Position numbers and translations under genes: made by a program
In this document: in pieces, positions 7,844 through 17,757 of the stretch
Layout of the letters: every line of letters starts with the position of its first letter
How positions within the stretch are numbered: the stretch's first letter is position 1
The notes under the pieces: model-generated
What the model was told of the DNA's origin: nothing
Database searches by the model: none
What the model saw: only the letters and a program-made list of their open reading frames with translations
NCBI GenBank assembly: GCA_029260755.1
Contig: JAJDCQ010000090.1
Span: 23,588 to 87,587, forward strand
Direction: 5' to 3'
DNA length: 64,000 bases
Source of the DNA: Planctomycetota bacterium
Lineage (GTDB): Bacteria > Planctomycetota > J058 > JAJDCQ01

Positions 7844-9673
7844 TCAGCCGCCGATCTTACGGAACTTCCCTCGCCCCACCTCGACGATCTGCTCGAGCAG
7901 CCGGTCGTTGCTCTCGCCGATGCCGATGCAGTGGATCTGGGCCTTGCGGAAGAGGTTCATCCGCTGGATGTCCCGCACGAGGTAGGGGTAGAAACCCCAG
8001 CCGTAGGGGCCCTGGTACTCGACGTTGTCCGCGTCCTGGCCGGGGGTGTGGCTCTCGGGGTCGCCGATCTGGATGTCGGGCTCCTTGGCGTCGACCTGGG
8101 CGAAGTTGTCCCAGGAGGGCTCGCCGTCCGAGAGGAGGAAGATCGTGTCGCATCCCTCGAGGAAGCCGCGCGTCTCGACGTGCTCGTGCACCTCGAGCGG
8201 CTTCTTGCCGGTCGCCCGGAACGCCTCGAGCAGGCCGCCGTGGAGGTTCGTGTAGCCCTTCAGGGTGCCGTTGGGCCGGTCGCTCTTCGGCTTGCCGACG
8301 ACCCAGTTGTCGAGCTCGTTGATCACCTTGGCGACGTTGCTCTTGGTCGCGGGGACCATGCCCTGGTTCGGGAAGATCGGGTGCGCCTTGGATCCGAAGA
8401 CGATCACGACGAAGTTCATCTTGTCGCCGAGCTGCCGGAGGCTGAGCTTGAGCGTCTCGCGGGCCGCGTCGAAGCGGGTGTTGATCTTGTCCCAGGGGAG
8501 CTCCGCCTCGGTCGGGGCGCCCTTCGGCCCGCCGTCGTCGGCGCGCCGGCGCGCCTTCTCCTCGGCCGCGCCCGGCCCGGTCACCGGCCGCCGCAGGTCT
8601 TCCTTCTCCTCGCTCGTGAGCGGCGCCGTCATCGAGTCCGACATGTCGATCACGAACGCGATCCGCGTCCCGGCGCCCTCGATGCCCATGAAGCGGGGCA
8701 CGGTGAAGCCCGCGTCGTTCGTCACGGTGACGCGCTCGCGCGTCGTCATCCCCGACGCCTCGGGGTCGTCGTCGCCGCCCGCGCCGGCGCGCGCCTCGTC
8801 GTTGCGACCCTCGAGCAGCTTCCGCCAGCTGTCGGAGGTGACGTAGAGCTGGTCGGTGCCGAAGGTCTCCGCGAGGTTGCGCGCGAGGGTGACCGTCGTG
8901 CGGAAGGGGAGCTTCTTGTCGTCGAGCTGGTCGATCACGAGGTTCGCGGCGCGGGCGAAGGCCTCCTCGCCGATCCGGCCCCGGGCGGCGATGAGCGCCG
9001 AGCTGCAGCTCTCGACGAGGACGGCGCGGGCGAGGCCCTTCTCCTTCTTCGCCTTCGGGTCCGGGCTCTCGAGGACGAGCGGGATCAACTGCAGCGCCGT
9101 GTCGCCGTCGTTGCGCCACGACAGGCTCTCGAGCGCGGCGGCCCGGAGGAACACCGGCAGCTTCTTGTTCGTCGCGGTGCCGCGCGCGACCCCGCCGCCG
9201 AACGCCTGGCCCTGGACCATGAGCGCGTTCCACCAGAGCCACGCGTCGACGGGCTTGTTCGCCCGGAGCATGAACTCCTGCCACAGGGCCATGTGGTCGG
9301 CCTTGGTGAAGTTGTCCGCCGTGATGCCCGCGATGAGGTAGGGGACGTGATCCTCGGGCTTCTCGGGGTCGAGGTAGCGCTCCATCAGGAGCTTGAACGC
9401 CCGCTCGTCCGCCGTCCGGGCGAACCGCTCCATCGAGCGGGTCCGGAGGAAGAGGGCGGGACGACGCGAGAAGCGCTCGTAGTGCTCGAACTCGAGCTTC
9501 CATCCCTCATCGGTGCCAACCGGGCCCGGCGTCCACGGATCGTCGCTGCCGTTGACCTGGCCCGGGGGCGGCGTGTTGCCGCTGCCGCCCGCCTGCGCCC
9601 AGGCAGTCGCGGGCCAGGTGAGCGCCACGAGGATGCAGAGACTGAAGCTCGTCAGAAGCGCACGCTTGCGCAT
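7844..9673 (-). CDS. secreted von Willebrand factor type A (VWA) domain protein
   Basis: Signal peptide MRKRALLTSFSLCILVALTWPATAWA. MIDAS motif DxSxS in FVIDMSDSM. N-terminal helical-repeat region. Confidence 0.75.
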   Translation of the reverse strand: MRKRALLTSFSLCILVALTWPATAWAQAGGSGNTPPPGQVNGSDDPWTPGPVGTDEGWKLEFEHYERFSRRPALFLRTRSMERFARTADERAFKLLMERYLDPEKPEDHVPYLIAGITADNFTKADHMALWQEFMLRANKPVDAWLWWNALMVQGQAFGGGVARGTATNKKLPVFLRAAALESLSWRNDGDTALQLIPLVLESPDPKAKKEKGLARAVLVESCSSALIAARGRIGEEAFARAANLVIDQLDDKKLPFRTTVTLARNLAETFGTDQLYVTSDSWRKLLEGRNDEARAGAGGDDDPEASGMTTRERVTVTNDAGFTVPRFMGIEGAGTRIAFVIDMSDSMTAPLTSEEKEDLRRPVTGPGAAEEKARRRADDGGPKGAPTEAELPWDKINTRFDAARETLKLSLRQLGDKMNFVVIVFGSKAHPIFPNQGMVPATKSNVAKVINELDNWVVGKPKSDRPNGTLKGYTNLHGGLLEAFRATGKKPLEVHEHVETRGFLEGCDTIFLLSDGEPSWDNFAQVDAKEPDIQIGDPESHTPGQDADNVEYQGPYGWGFYPYLVRDIQRMNLFRKAQIHCIGIGESNDRLLEQIVEVGRGKFRKIGG

Positions 9674-9907
9674 GGTATGGGACCCCCTCGCCGGGGACCG
9701 GTTCGGGGTCCCGGGCGATCGTCGCCGCAGATGGAAGCAGGAGACCTTCTGAGTCGGTTATAGCCGCTCGAGACGTTCCGTTCCCGTCGCCTTCGCCGGG
9801 ACGCGCCCTGACCGGGCTCAAGTGCTTTCCATGCGGAGACATACATGCAGAGGCCGCCGTCGGGTGTCGCTCGACGCGAGCCGCTTCCAGCCGCTACAAT
9901 CGGCGCC

Positions 9908-10948
9908 ATGCCCCGCGCGCTCCTCCTCGTCGTCTCGCTCTCGACGGTCGCGATCCTCGCGGTCTGGGGATGCGCCGCGCCTCCTCCGAGGCCCGAAGGA
10001 CCGCCCCGGCCCCTCTGGCTCTCCAGGTTTCCCGATCCTCGGAGCTGGCCTGATCCCGTCCGCGAGGCGTCCGTCCCCGGCTGCGTCTTCCTCAAGCACG
10101 AGGCGAAGGGTGGCGGCGGCGTCGTCATCCACGCCTCGGAGCGCGGGACGTTCGTCCTCACGACGGTGACCGTCGCGGCGTCGACGGCGTCGACGGGCCG
10201 ACGCGCGTGGATCCAGACGCCCTCGCCCGACGGGACGACGATGGTCGCCCACCCCGTGCGCGCGGTTCACCCCGACGCCGTCGCCCTCGAGCGGCATCGC
10301 GTGCGCCTCGGCGCGCTCTGGGAGGGACCGCCGACCTACCTCGACGAGGTCCCCGACGACGCCTTCGCCGAGATGGTCCATCGGGTCGCCTCGCTCGCGC
10401 AGGCGTTGTGGCCGCGCCGCCTCGCCCTGCTCCGCCTCGAGAGCGACGTCGACCTCCCCGCCGTCCGACTCGCGTCGCCGCCGGACCCGGGCGAGGGTGA
10501 GAGGATCGTCGGGCTGCTCGTCGGTCGCGGCCCGTCGTGGGTCGATCTGCCCGGGCGCATGCCGTCGAGCCCGCTCACCGGTCTCGCGCGCCCCCTCTCG
10601 CGGGAGCTCGTCGGCGCCGGCGTCTTCGACCGCGACCGGGCGCTCCGGGGCATCGTCACCGCGGCGTTCGACGCCCGGCCCGACCGTCGGCCCGACGGCC
10701 AGCCGCCGACGACGATGACGCACGAGCGCGACCGGCGTCGGGCCCTCTCCCGCTCGGGCGCCGAGCTCCGTCGCGCTCTCGAGGAGGGCGAGGCGCGCCC
10801 CGACCTGGAGCGGCGCTTCCTGGCCGTCGCGGCGGTCCTTCAGGACGTGCTCGGCGTCGGGCGGGAACGAGACGAAGCGTTCGTCCTCGACGCGGCGGGC
10901 ATCCGCCGGTGGCTCGAGGAGGTCGGCTACCGCGACCTGGTCGATTGA
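9908..10948 (+). CDS. hypothetical lipoprotein
   Basis: MPRALLLVVSLSTVAILAVWGC has a lipobox-like Cys. No recognisable domain. The ORF-track start 9845 is also possible. Confidence 0.4.
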   Translation: MPRALLLVVSLSTVAILAVWGCAAPPPRPEGPPRPLWLSRFPDPRSWPDPVREASVPGCVFLKHEAKGGGGVVIHASERGTFVLTTVTVAASTASTGRRAWIQTPSPDGTTMVAHPVRAVHPDAVALERHRVRLGALWEGPPTYLDEVPDDAFAEMVHRVASLAQALWPRRLALLRLESDVDLPAVRLASPPDPGEGERIVGLLVGRGPSWVDLPGRMPSSPLTGLARPLSRELVGAGVFDRDRALRGIVTAAFDARPDRRPDGQPPTTMTHERDRRRALSRSGAELRRALEEGEARPDLERRFLAVAAVLQDVLGVGRERDEAFVLDAAGIRRWLEEVGYRDLVD

Positions 10949-10970
10949 GGAGGAGGAGCCGGCCGCCGGC

Positions 10971-11837
10971 TCAGCGGCGCGGGCGGAGCCACGACGCGGG
11001 GCGCTTCTCCGGCTTGCCGTCGGCGCCCGCCGGGTCGTCCTTGTTCCCCGCGGCCGCCTGCTTCGCGAGGTCGGTCACCCGCGTCGGACCGGGCGTCCAG
11101 AGGAGGTCGGCGTTGGCCGGCGCATCGGGGGCGCGCTTGGCCCGGGTCTCGCCCGAGAGCTTCGGGCCCGTGGCGGGGGCGGGCGCCGGTCCGCCGGCGC
11201 GGGGGGCGCCGCGGCGATCCCAGCCGAACCCGCCCGCCTCGGCCTCGGGCGGCAGGGGTTGCCCGGTGAGCTTGGCCCGCTCGCGACGATAGCTCGCGAG
11301 GTAGGAGCGTCGCTGCGCTTCGAGCGCGTCGAGCGCCCGGCGCCGGTCGGCGTCGGCGGTGGCGAGCTCGGCGCGCTCGAGCGGTCCGAGCTCCGCCTCG
11401 ACCGCTCGGCATCGCGCCCGGAATCGCTCGGCGGAGTCCTGGACGATCCGGTTGAGCCCGTCGAAGGCGTCCTCGCCCCGGGGCTCCTTCTTCAGGGCCG
11501 CCCGGTACGCCTCCGCCTCGGGCCGCACCTTCTCCTCATAGAGGTCGAGGTAGTGGCGCTGGATCGTCCGGCGGCGCTTCGCCGCGGCGACCTCGATCAC
11601 CCGGCGCCGCTCGTCGATGCTCACGAGGTAGGCGCGGCGGGCCCGGTCGAGCTGGGCGACGGAGGTCTTGTCGGCCGCGTGGGCGCGGTCGCGGTCCTCG
11701 CGGCGCTTGGAGATCGCATCGTCGTCGCCCGCGAGGGTCCTCGCGCTTGGGACGAGCAGTCCGAGGGCCAGGACGACCGAGGCGGTGACGGTGACGGCGA
11801 CGCGGCGGATCATCGGTGCGGCTCGACTCCTGCTCAC
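10971..11837 (-). CDS. secreted hypothetical protein (coiled-coil rich)
   Basis: Signal-like stretch VAVTVTASVVLALGLLVPSARTLAGDDD. Charged helical repeats. Overlaps the stop of the upstream NHL gene by 4 nt, suggesting an operon. Confidence 0.45.
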   Translation of the reverse strand: MSRSRAAPMIRRVAVTVTASVVLALGLLVPSARTLAGDDDAISKRREDRDRAHAADKTSVAQLDRARRAYLVSIDERRRVIEVAAAKRRRTIQRHYLDLYEEKVRPEAEAYRAALKKEPRGEDAFDGLNRIVQDSAERFRARCRAVEAELGPLERAELATADADRRRALDALEAQRRSYLASYRRERAKLTGQPLPPEAEAGGFGWDRRGAPRAGGPAPAPATGPKLSGETRAKRAPDAPANADLLWTPGPTRVTDLAKQAAAGNKDDPAGADGKPEKRPASWLRPRR

Positions 11838-14209
11838 TCGACGGCCTCGAAGCGGACGATCCGCTCGCGGCCGTAGTCGTAGATCAGCAGCCCGCCGTAG
11901 TCGTCGACGGCCAGGTCGTACGGCTGGCTCAGCTCGGTGCCCTTGAGCTTCGCCTGCACCCGCAGGTTCTGATCCTCGTAGATGTGGACCGTCTCGTCGT
12001 CGTAATCGCAGACGAAGAGGTGCCCGGTGTTCGAGGCGGCCATGTCGCTGACCTCCTCGAGCTTCATCGGGAAGGTCCGCTGGAGCTGGCCGCTGAACGC
12101 GTGGAAGACCTTGATCTGGCCCTCCTCATCGGCGACGTAGTAGGCGCCCGTCCGGCCGACGGCGAGCTGGAGCGGATCCTCGATCCCGCCGCGCACGGGG
12201 AAGCTCTGGCGGTGAATCCCGTCGAACTCCCACGCTCCGATGTTGTACGTATCGCGATCCTGGAGGATCGCCACCCGGTCGACCTCGCCGCCGAAGCAGG
12301 CTATGTCCTTGGGCTCGTCGAAGTCGGTCCGGCCGGATCCTTCCTTGCCGAACGAGCCCCGGAAGGTGCCTCGGGCATCCCAGCGGAGGACCGATCCCTT
12401 GCCGGCGTCGAGGACGTAGACGGCGTTCGCATCATCGACGCACAGATCGAGCGCGCGGTCGACGCGGTCGCCGCCGCCGAAGCGCCCCGTGATCCACCCG
12501 AACCGGTCGAGGCGCGTGACCACGCCCGTGGATGTGTTCAGGCTCGCCACCTCGCCCGTGGGGCCGGCGGCGATCCGGTAGTCGTCGGCCAGGTCGTAGC
12601 CGCCCCAGCGGCCGACGAACTGCTCGGTCGCGCCGGCGACGTCCCATCGCAGCAGGGAGCCTTCATCGACGATGGTGACCTCCTGGGTCTTGCCGACGCG
12701 GAGCCGCTTCGGGTCGCGGAAGTTCGCGACGCCCTCGCCGCGCGCGCCGAACGCGGTCCGCATCCGACCGGTCTCCGGATCGAAACGACGCACGCTCGCC
12801 GTGGTGCCCTCGAGGATGAAGAGATGTCCCGAGACAGGGTCCCGCTTCAGGTCGCGGAAGTCCTCGGTGGTCGCGCCGACGTCGAACTCGCGGCTGAAGC
12901 GCGGCACCTCGTAGACGAGCACCTTCTGCCGCCCGCGGTCGAGGACGTAGACGATCGGGCCGGGCGCGACGTCGATCGCGACCGGATCGGCGAGGAAGCC
13001 GCTCGTCTTGCCCGGCCCGCCGAACGAGTAGAGGAAGCGGCCGTTCGCGTCGAAGACCTGGACGCACGCCCGCGCCCGGTCGAGGACGTAGAGGTCGCCC
13101 TCCGCATCGATCGCCAGGTCGATCGGCTCCTCGAACTTGCCGTTGACCTCGCCGTGCCCGCCGAAGACCTTGGCCGCGGGCTGACTGAGCGAGCGCGAGC
13201 CCTGGATCCGGAACTTCTTGATGAGGCGCTCGCTGCCGTCGATCGCGTAGTAGAAGCCGTCGCGGACGAGGATCCGGACGAACGAGCCCGGGTACTCCGC
13301 GATCGTGCGTCCGGCGCTGTCGGGCCCCATCGCGACGACCCGGCTCTCGGCCGGATCGAGGACGTGCATGCCGTTCTGGGCGTCGAAGGCGACGTCGCTC
13401 GGCCCCGAGACCGATGCCTTGAAGTCGCCGAGGGTCCGGAAGAACCGGAACGTCTTCCGGGCGAGCGGGTCCTGATCGTTCCGGAAGCCCTTGCTCTCGA
13501 TCTTGATCCTGGACTCGGTCTCGTTGCCCGCCGAGTCGAGCACCCTGACCGTGATCAGGTGCTCGCCCGGCTCCGCCGGCGGATACCAGACGTTCTCGGG
13601 CTCGGCCGTCCGCGCCAGGTCCAGCTTGCCGGCCTGGGCCGTCCAGAAGAAGGCGATGTGGTCGTCGGGCTCGTTCGTGTAGCGGACGCGGAGGCGGACC
13701 TTCTGTCCCCACCAGGCCCACTTGGCGCTCGAGCTGATCTCCCGGACGAACGGCGGGATGTTCTTGGCCTTGGCGAGGACGTTCACGTAGGCGAGGTCGC
13801 CGTCCTTCACGCCGCGCTCGTCCGAGCCCGCGACCCGGCGGGGCTTGTTGCCCGTGATCCTGGTGTCGTCGACGAGGCGCGCGCGGCAGCTGTTCGCCTC
13901 GACGTCGATGACGACGGCGCGCGCGACGACCCCGTAGGGGACGAGGACGTCGTCGTCGGTCAGCGGGAGACGGATCGCCTTCGCCGGGCTGTAGACGTCG
14001 AAGACCATCCGCGCCTTCACGCCCTGCTTCTTTCCGCGGTCGACGACGATCGTGTCCTTCTCGACGCGCCCGACCCGCCCGACGATGAGGTCGTCCTCCG
14101 CCCGCGATCCGGCGGGCGCGTCGAGGACGGCGGCGACGAGGGCCGCCGCCGCCGCCGCGGCTCCGAGGCGCGCGACGGGAGTCGGGGAGCGGAGTTGCAT
14201 ACGGGTCAT
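11834..14209 (-). CDS. NHL-repeat beta-propeller protein, secreted
   Basis: Signal peptide. Repeated NHL-like blades (FEEPIDLAIDAEGDLYVLD, FLADPVAIDVAPGPIVYVLD, LDLCVDDANAVYVLD, LSQPYDLAVDDYGGLLIYD). Confidence 0.75.
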   Translation of the reverse strand: MTRMQLRSPTPVARLGAAAAAAALVAAVLDAPAGSRAEDDLIVGRVGRVEKDTIVVDRGKKQGVKARMVFDVYSPAKAIRLPLTDDDVLVPYGVVARAVVIDVEANSCRARLVDDTRITGNKPRRVAGSDERGVKDGDLAYVNVLAKAKNIPPFVREISSSAKWAWWGQKVRLRVRYTNEPDDHIAFFWTAQAGKLDLARTAEPENVWYPPAEPGEHLITVRVLDSAGNETESRIKIESKGFRNDQDPLARKTFRFFRTLGDFKASVSGPSDVAFDAQNGMHVLDPAESRVVAMGPDSAGRTIAEYPGSFVRILVRDGFYYAIDGSERLIKKFRIQGSRSLSQPAAKVFGGHGEVNGKFEEPIDLAIDAEGDLYVLDRARACVQVFDANGRFLYSFGGPGKTSGFLADPVAIDVAPGPIVYVLDRGRQKVLVYEVPRFSREFDVGATTEDFRDLKRDPVSGHLFILEGTTASVRRFDPETGRMRTAFGARGEGVANFRDPKRLRVGKTQEVTIVDEGSLLRWDVAGATEQFVGRWGGYDLADDYRIAAGPTGEVASLNTSTGVVTRLDRFGWITGRFGGGDRVDRALDLCVDDANAVYVLDAGKGSVLRWDARGTFRGSFGKEGSGRTDFDEPKDIACFGGEVDRVAILQDRDTYNIGAWEFDGIHRQSFPVRGGIEDPLQLAVGRTGAYYVADEEGQIKVFHAFSGQLQRTFPMKLEEVSDMAASNTGHLFVCDYDDETVHIYEDQNLRVQAKLKGTELSQPYDLAVDDYGGLLIYDYGRERIVRFEAVE

Positions 14210-14270
14210 CCTGTCGTGTCCTTCACTGGGAGCGGCCCGGCCGGCGCTCGCTCCGTCCTCGCGCGGCTGG

Positions 14271-17200
14271 CTACTGGACGGCGGTCGCCTTCGCGTCCTG
14301 CTGCACCTCGTGGAGCAGCCATCGGTCGCCCGATCGCACGAACGTCAGCGTCTGAGGAACCTGCACCTTGGTCCGAAGCGGCTTCGCGTCGTCGGCGCGC
14401 CGCCCGATCGCCGGGAAGTCGAGCTCGACGAGCCAGACCGACTTCACCCGCACGCGGCGCTCGGTCGACTCGATCCACTGGTGATCGCGCCGAGAGCTCC
14501 CGAGGATGCGGATGCCGCTCGCCTCGAGCTCGCGGAGGTCGGTCCGGAGCCGATCGACGAGCTCGGTCCGGGTCGGGTCGACGAGCGCCGCCGCCGCCGC
14601 CGGGTCCCCGCCGGCGAGGAAGCCGTCGAGCTGCTCGAGGACCGAGCCGACCGCCGCGACGCGGGTGCTCCCGGCCACCTCGACGAGGAGCGCCTTCGCC
14701 TCGGCGTGCTCGGGGTCGACCTGGTCGAGCACCTCGCGGATCAGGCCGGCCGCGTCCTCGAGCCGTCCCTCGTCCCTCGCCGCGCGGGCGCGGGTCAGGA
14801 GGTCGTCGGCGCGCGCCGCCTGGGCGGTGATCTTGTCGAGCTCGGCCTGGCACAGATCGCGGCGGGCGCTCGCGTGGCCGAAGTCGGGCGCGACCGACAG
14901 GAGCTCGTCGTAGGCGTCGCGCGCGTCGGTCCAGGTCGACGCGTCGAACTGCGCGTCCGCCTTCGCCAGGACGGCGCGGCCCTGCGCGATCTGGTCGCCG
15001 ACGCTCGTCACGGACGGGTTGCCCGGATCGGTCGCGCGGACCGCCTCGACGTGGCCCTCGGCCCCCTCGAACTCGCCCCGCGCGATCGCCTTGCGCGCCT
15101 GGTCGAGGCGGATGTCGATCTTCTCGAGCTCACGCTTGGAGTCGGTCACCAGGCGGAGGACGTCGGGGTAGTCGGGGTAGCCGCGCGGGATCTCCTCGAG
15201 GAGCGAGAGCGCCTTGCGCCACTTCTTGTCGCCGTGGAGGAGGGCGCCCTGGATATGGGCCTCGCGGAGCTTCTTTTCGGCCTGCTTGATCACGTCGAGG
15301 CGCTCGTCGACGCTCACGAGGAGCTCGGAGAGTCCCTCGAAGCCCGGGTCGACCGCCTCGACCTCGGCGAGCACCTCGCGGGCGCCGGGCAGGTCGTCGG
15401 CCTCCGCCAGGTCCCGGCCGCGCTCGAACTTCTCGACGAGCTCGGGCAACGGCTCGAGCGCGATCGGGTAGCTCTCGATCGGGGCGCGCGACGCGGCCTC
15501 GACCGCGCCGGTGGCCGACACGTCGTACTCGACCGTGCGCGGCTGGTAACCGTTCTTCGAGAAGATCAGGCCATGCGAGCCGGGCTCGATCTGCTGGTCG
15601 GCGAGCTCGAGCTCGGGCTGCTGCCCCGACCGCGCGAGCTTCACGGTGACGCCCCGCTGGCCGATCGGGATCTTCGACAGCCGGAACCACACCAGGCCGG
15701 TGTTGACCGGGCCAGCCGTGCCATTCGGCGTGCCGGCGCCGCCGGTGCCGTCGCCGCCCGTGCCGGCGACGGTCGTGTCGTCGCCGAGCCACTCCTTCAG
15801 GTAGCCCTCGGTGTGGAGGAAGTAGCCGACGCCGAGGAGCGCGACGACGATGATGAGGGTGACCAGGACGGGCGACCCGCCGCCGTTGTCGGCGCCGACC
15901 GGCCGGCTGCCGCGGGCCGCCGCCAGCTGCTCGGCGAGGCGCTCGAGCTCGGGATCGGTCTCGCTCTCGGGCGGCACGTCGCCCTCGTAGCCGCCCGATG
16001 GCGTCGTCGCGACCGGCGCCTGGCCGGCGTAGGGCGTCCCGTCGGCGGGCGAGGGCGCGTAGCCGTCGTGCTCATCCGCCTCGTCGTAGAACTCCTCGTC
16101 GGCGGCCGGCTCGATCTCGTCGGCCGAGAACGCCGCGTCGCCGTCGTCGGGCGGGACGTCCTCGAACCCCGGCGGCGGCACGAGGGCGGCCGGATCCATC
16201 GAGGAGACGGTGTCGTCCTCCACCGGGAACTCGGTCTCGTGCTCGGAGTCGTCGTCGGGCTCGGAGCCCATCTCCGAGGCGAGGATGTCGTCGCTCGACT
16301 CGGGCGGAGGCAGGATCGGCGCGACGAGCCGATCGTAGTTCGAGGGGCCGACGACGCCCGAGGCGAGCATCTCCTGCTCCGACATCACGTCGTCGAGGAT
16401 CGCCGCCGCCTCCTCCTCGGCCGACGACTGGCGGTCTCCCTGGAGGCGCGTCTGCGCGCTCGGGTCCGTCGCGCCGGCGGCCGGCCCGGCGGCCATGGTC
16501 TCGCGGGCCGCATCGGAGAGGCCGTGGATGATCTGGCGTTCGTCGTCGGACGAGGCGAGGGCGATCGTGTCGGCGTTCTCGGTCTCGTCGCTGCTCTCGA
16601 GGGACGCCGGGAGATACTCCCCGCTCTGGGGGCGCTCGGTCGCGCCCGTCATGTAGTGCGCCATGTTGCGCTTGAACTCGGTCAGCTCCTCGAGGAGCGC
16701 CTCGGCGTTCTGGTAGCGCTCGGCCGGATCCTTCTCGAGCATCCGGAGGGTGACGTTCTCGAGGTAGGGCGGCACGTCCTCGTTGTGGAGCCGGAGCGAG
16801 TCGGGCTGCTCGTAGACGTGCTTGAAGATCAGGCCGGCGGGCGTGTCCGCCTGGAACGGGAGACGCCCGGTCAGGAGCTCGTAGAAGACGATCCCGAGCG
16901 AGTAGATGTCGCTCCGTCCGTCGGTGGGATCGCCCCGCCCCTGCTCGGGGGAGATGTAGTTCGGCGTCCCCATGATGATTCCGCTCTCGGTGAGAGAGGA
17001 CATCGTGCTGACGTCGCTCGCCGCCTTCGCGAGGCCGAAGTCCATCACCTTCACGACGTTGTTGCGGTCCATCATGATGTTCGACGGCTTGATGTCGCGA
17101 TGGACGATGTTGCGCTCGGCGGCGCACGAGAGCGCGTTCGCGACCCCGACGACGACGTCGACCTGCTCCTCGATCTCGAGCCGGCCGACCCGCTTGACGC

Positions 17201-17600
17201 GCTCCTGGAGGTCCTCGCCCTCGACGTACTCCATGGCGAAGTACGGCGTCGTGTCCTGAACGCCGAACGAGTAGACCTGGATGACATTGGGATGGATGAG
17301 GCTGGCGGCCTTCATCGCTTCGCGCCGGAAGCGCTCGATGAAGGTGTCCTGCCGGGCGAGACTGCTCGGCAGCACCTTGACCGCGACCGGGCGGTCCAGC
17401 GAGATCTGGCGGGCTCGATAGACCTCGCCCATCCCCCCGGCTCCGACCTTCTCGATGAGCTCGAAGTCGCCGAGGCGTCCGTTGTCTTGCAGACTGTCGG
17501 TTGGCATGCCGTCGGGGCCGGGCGACGCCCCGAGCGGTCGCGCCGGGCGGGACGGACGAACACCTCCCGGGAGGGCCGTCCGCGGATCCGTCCGGAGCAC
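14271..17600 (-). CDS. Ser/Thr protein kinase (Hanks-type) with TM helix and periplasmic TPR-like repeats
   Basis: GAGGMGEVYRA, VAVK, HRDIKPSNIMM, DFGLAK, SPEQ. TM helix SPVLVTLIIVVALLGVGYFL. C-terminal TPR-like repeats. An alternative start is about 17507 (MPTDS). Confidence 0.85.
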   Translation of the reverse strand: MLRTDPRTALPGGVRPSRPARPLGASPGPDGMPTDSLQDNGRLGDFELIEKVGAGGMGEVYRARQISLDRPVAVKVLPSSLARQDTFIERFRREAMKAASLIHPNVIQVYSFGVQDTTPYFAMEYVEGEDLQERVKRVGRLEIEEQVDVVVGVANALSCAAERNIVHRDIKPSNIMMDRNNVVKVMDFGLAKAASDVSTMSSLTESGIIMGTPNYISPEQGRGDPTDGRSDIYSLGIVFYELLTGRLPFQADTPAGLIFKHVYEQPDSLRLHNEDVPPYLENVTLRMLEKDPAERYQNAEALLEELTEFKRNMAHYMTGATERPQSGEYLPASLESSDETENADTIALASSDDERQIIHGLSDAARETMAAGPAAGATDPSAQTRLQGDRQSSAEEEAAAILDDVMSEQEMLASGVVGPSNYDRLVAPILPPPESSDDILASEMGSEPDDDSEHETEFPVEDDTVSSMDPAALVPPPGFEDVPPDDGDAAFSADEIEPAADEEFYDEADEHDGYAPSPADGTPYAGQAPVATTPSGGYEGDVPPESETDPELERLAEQLAAARGSRPVGADNGGGSPVLVTLIIVVALLGVGYFLHTEGYLKEWLGDDTTVAGTGGDGTGGAGTPNGTAGPVNTGLVWFRLSKIPIGQRGVTVKLARSGQQPELELADQQIEPGSHGLIFSKNGYQPRTVEYDVSATGAVEAASRAPIESYPIALEPLPELVEKFERGRDLAEADDLPGAREVLAEVEAVDPGFEGLSELLVSVDERLDVIKQAEKKLREAHIQGALLHGDKKWRKALSLLEEIPRGYPDYPDVLRLVTDSKRELEKIDIRLDQARKAIARGEFEGAEGHVEAVRATDPGNPSVTSVGDQIAQGRAVLAKADAQFDASTWTDARDAYDELLSVAPDFGHASARRDLCQAELDKITAQAARADDLLTRARAARDEGRLEDAAGLIREVLDQVDPEHAEAKALLVEVAGSTRVAAVGSVLEQLDGFLAGGDPAAAAALVDPTRTELVDRLRTDLRELEASGIRILGSSRRDHQWIESTERRVRVKSVWLVELDFPAIGRRADDAKPLRTKVQVPQTLTFVRSGDRWLLHEVQQDAKATAVQ

Positions 17601-17757
17601 GCCGAGACGCGCAACCTTCTGATATACCTAACGTAACCTAGCAGCGTCCGCCCCATGATGTCAAGCGGAGCGAGGCCTCATCCCGGCCGGGCCAGACGAC
17701 GTGACTGCTTCACGGAGGGAGGTTTGCGCCGGCGGTCGTCCCGGAACCTCGACCGCG

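Noticed and set aside
7784-9763. 659-aa plus-strand ORF and 548-aa minus ORF overlapping the VWA gene
   Set aside because: Alternative frames. Only the 7844-9673 minus frame has a signal peptide and MIDAS motif.
11816-17636. Two plus-strand ORFs >1000 aa (11816-14830, 14052-17636) overlapping the NHL and kinase genes
   Set aside because: Antisense shadow ORFs. Composition is dominated by R/A/G/D/V with no motifs, whereas the minus-strand frames encode recognisable NHL repeats and a Hanks kinase.
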